Positions 61,797 to 64,000 of a stretch of DNA of 64,000 nucleotides are shown here, piece after piece. How positions within the stretch are numbered: position 1 is the stretch's first letter; every line of letters starts with the position of its first letter. The stretch lies in contig CALVAN010000006.1 of the NCBI GenBank assembly GCA_944325555.1, forward strand, positions 22,998 through 86,997, in the 5' to 3' direction. This stretch comes from Candidatus Gastranaerophilales bacterium. GTDB lineage: Bacteria > Cyanobacteriota > Vampirovibrionia > Gastranaerophilales > Gastranaerophilaceae. The position numbers and the translations under genes are program-made. The notes under the pieces were generated by a model. It worked only from the letters and a program-made list of their open reading frames with translations, searched no databases and was not told the DNA's origin.

Positions 61797-63233
61797 ATGC
61801 CGGAAAAAATAAAGACAAATATTTATTATATTACGGTTGCACTGCTGCTGGCGGCAGGCATTATATTGAGGATTTTGTTTTACGCATACGGCCGCCCTTT
61901 TTGGAATGACGAATCCGCACTTGCAATAAACCTTGCCGGCAAAAGTTTCTGGGAACTGTTTCAGCCTCTTGTGCATGAACAAGTTACGCCGCCGTTGTAT
62001 GCCGTTTTATGCAAATTTTGCGGCTTGTTTACGGACAAAGCGGAATACGCTTACAGACTCCCTTCTCTTATTTGCGGAATTGCTTCATTGCCGCTGTTTT
62101 TGGCATTTGCAGAAAAAACGTTAAACAATAAAATCGGCAAAATCTTTGCAACAGCGCTTTTTGCTTTGAACTATCAACTGATATACTATTCGCAGGAGTT
62201 AAAACAGTATTCCTGCGACGTTTTGCTGTTTTTAGGGGTTTTAGTTTCATATTTTTATATTGACAGAAAGAAATTCGACAGAAAATTGTTTGTGCTTATC
62301 GGTTTGTTTTATGCAGTTTCGATATGGTTTTCATATACGTCATTGTTTGCAATGTTTGTTGTCTTCCTTTTATGCTTTATAAGAAAAGAAAAGGCTCTTA
62401 CAATTTTCGGCATACCTGCGTTATCCTTCGGCGTTTTTTTGTTTTACATAAAAAATTATGCAACAAGCGAAGCCCTGCACAATTTTTGGGACAACGGCTT
62501 TATTGCCTTGAATTTTTCAAACTTCCCGCTGCTGATATTCAACAACATTGTCTTTTATTTTCCGGATTTCAGCTGGAGAATTTTTGTTGTGCTGATGTTT
62601 GCTGCGGGGCTGATTTATACATTAAAATACATAAAATACAACGAGAATATTATTCTTTTAACTCCCGTTCTTCTTGCGGTTCTGCTTTCTTACCTGCATA
62701 TTTACCCGATGTATATAAGGACAGCACTGTATCTTCTGCCGGTTGTGTTTTTGATTATGGCAAAGACTTTTGAACCAAGCTTTTTCTATAAAAAAGAAGG
62801 CAAAATTATTGCGGGTATTCTTGCATTATTTTTTGCAGCATACACTTTTAAAACCGATTTTACGCAGATTTTGCAAAAAAAATATTACAGAGAAACCACC
62901 CCTGAACTATTACAGCTGTATAAAAGAGAAGCAAAAAACACCGATATTCTTATTGTACCGCATTTGACGGCAATAAATTATGAATATTACGTCCAAAGGA
63001 CTTCTCTGCCGGCGTGGAATGCCATTGTTATAACCCCTGAACTTTACGAATACGATAAGGTCAAAGAGATTTACAACACATTGCCTTCTGGCTCTTATTA
63101 TGTTTTGTTCACGCATTCGGGTGACAAAAATCTGGAATTTGAAAGTCTTAAAAAATACGCACTGTCACAAAAAAATCCTAAAATTTCATCGGATGAATAT
63201 AATAATGCGCTGATTTATTTTCAAAAGCAGTAA
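61797..63233 (+). CDS. GT-C fold glycosyltransferase (family 39 / ArnT / PMT-like), second copy in window
   Basis: A polytopic N-terminus with the first-loop motif PFWNDESALAIN, and a soluble C-terminal domain. I prefer the ATG at 61797 over the track start 61728, which would overlap the LOG gene. Confidence 0.6.
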   Translation: MPEKIKTNIYYITVALLLAAGIILRILFYAYGRPFWNDESALAINLAGKSFWELFQPLVHEQVTPPLYAVLCKFCGLFTDKAEYAYRLPSLICGIASLPLFLAFAEKTLNNKIGKIFATALFALNYQLIYYSQELKQYSCDVLLFLGVLVSYFYIDRKKFDRKLFVLIGLFYAVSIWFSYTSLFAMFVVFLLCFIRKEKALTIFGIPALSFGVFLFYIKNYATSEALHNFWDNGFIALNFSNFPLLIFNNIVFYFPDFSWRIFVVLMFAAGLIYTLKYIKYNENIILLTPVLLAVLLSYLHIYPMYIRTALYLLPVVFLIMAKTFEPSFFYKKEGKIIAGILALFFAAYTFKTDFTQILQKKYYRETTPELLQLYKREAKNTDILIVPHLTAINYEYYVQRTSLPAWNAIVITPELYEYDKVKEIYNTLPSGSYYVLFTHSGDKNLEFESLKKYALSQKNPKISSDEYNNALIYFQKQ

Positions 63234-63320
63234 TCAAAAAATTACAAATTGTAACAATTAAGTTCTTTAATATAAAGCTTATACCCGTTAAAACCGATAT
63301 AAAAGACAAGGGAAACGGCT

Positions 63321-64000
63321 ATGTCAGGAACTGAAGTTACACAATCTAACAGGGCAAGTATTATATACAGCATTGCAAAAGGCGATGCTGATAAAGCAAT
63401 GAAGCTTGAAAAGCTTTCTAATTCAGAATTGCAGGAACTTCTTGCCAATCCGGAAAAGCTCGATGGAACATTAAAAGCGGAAGAAACTTCCTTCTTTAGC
63501 TTTCTCACAAATTCTTCCCAAAATAAATCCTCAGATATTAATATTTTTAGCGGCAATATAGAAAACAGAAATTTTGACTCAATGGACGGGCTGCAGGTTG
63601 AAAAAAACCATTACACGGAATCATCTGCACCTGTTGAACAAACTTCCAAAACACAAAATAAAACCTCACAAAATAATGCAGTTTCCCAACCGCAACAGCG
63701 GACAACCTCTCTTACAGATGCCGAAATAAAACAAAAATGGGACGAACTTCCCCAATTTGTAAAAGATTTATACACCGCATACCTTGATAACCTGTCGGAA
63801 GCAGAGCGGATAGAAGCGGAAAAGGGATTTCTTGACAAGCTAAGAGATTTCTTCACACAGGGATTTAAGCTTTCCGTCTATGCAAACAACCCCGGTATGA
63901 TGCTTGTTGACGGAGAAGCCTGGGAAAAAAGTGTAAAAGATATTTTGACAAATGATGTTCAAAAAAAATTAAAAAGTGATGAAACCAATATTAAACAACT
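63321..64000 (+). CDS. Orphan protein, N-terminal 226 codons (runs off the right edge)
   Basis: My translation from the ATG at 63321 (AAGGGA upstream) is open to the end of the window: MSGTEVTQSNRASIIYSIAKGDADKAM...GMMLVDGEAWEKSVKDILTNDVQKKLKSDETNIKQ. The minus-strand track ORFs here are Ser-rich antisense artefacts. Confidence 0.55.
   Translation, partial: MSGTEVTQSNRASIIYSIAKGDADKAMKLEKLSNSELQELLANPEKLDGTLKAEETSFFSFLTNSSQNKSSDINIFSGNIENRNFDSMDGLQVEKNHYTESSAPVEQTSKTQNKTSQNNAVSQPQQRTTSLTDAEIKQKWDELPQFVKDLYTAYLDNLSEAERIEAEKGFLDKLRDFFTQGFKLSVYANNPGMMLVDGEAWEKSVKDILTNDVQKKLKSDETNIKQ

Noticed and set aside
63242-63856. Minus-strand track ORFs 63242..63556 and 63611..63856
   Set aside because: They are Ser/Leu/Phe-rich antisense reading frames of the plus-strand ORF that starts at 63321 and stays open to the window end.

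Overview
AT-rich bacterial chromosomal segment, gene-dense on both strands. I can support about 50 protein genes and two tRNA genes (Gly-GCC, Lys-CUU). Neither tRNA encodes its CCA end, and a CCA-adding enzyme gene ends about 40 nt upstream of tRNA-Gly. I see no rRNA, CRISPR array, transposase, integrase, phage or conjugation gene. Core genes recognised from motifs: ADP-forming acetyl-CoA synthetase, DedA, Hsp20, sigma-70, CCA-adding enzyme, FeoA-FeoB fusion, PrmA, AccA/AccD, OstA/LptD-like outer-membrane protein, M23 peptidase, YhcH, GatD, EF-G, a GH13 enzyme, TspO, LOG, MFS and EamA transporters, and MarR/XRE/WYL regulators. An OstA-type OMP plus cyanobacterium-flavoured EF-G and sigma sequences, in a fermentative and very AT-rich background, suggest a diderm anaerobe, perhaps a non-photosynthetic cyanobacterial relative (Melainabacteria-like). 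That is inference only. Four things stand out. (1) A tightly coupled minus-strand glycosylation operon (54.2-60.7 kb) is led by an XRE regulator. It contains a GT8::radical-SAM fusion and a three-module 794-aa enzyme, and every catalytic module except the terminal one of each fusion protein ends with the same ~25-aa FSI(K/R)N..HK.I.ILG.K motif. (2) At least six otherwise unrelated orphan proteins share an N/S/T-rich N-terminus ending in SFG/SFKG/AFKG. They concentrate at 7.0-9.0 kb and 41.0-48.0 kb, and the second cluster includes an internally duplicated 679-aa protein with four CxxC pairs. (3) Intergenic regions are packed with structured repeats: a GC-rich ~300-nt multi-helix element (19.26-19.56 kb); two diverged copies of a composite hairpin-rich element that keep their own arm complementarity (5.7-6.0 kb and 23.5-23.9 kb); a dispersed ~100-nt TGTCATCC...CAGGATCT element; and both tRNA genes nested among partial copies of themselves. 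(4) There is a translationally coupled DUF2229 - WYL - WYL - YraN operon. All family assignments come from reading motifs by eye, since no database search or folding program was available. Several starts were moved from the ORF-track position (which also accepts TTG/GTG) to an in-frame ATG with a Shine-Dalgarno-like sequence.
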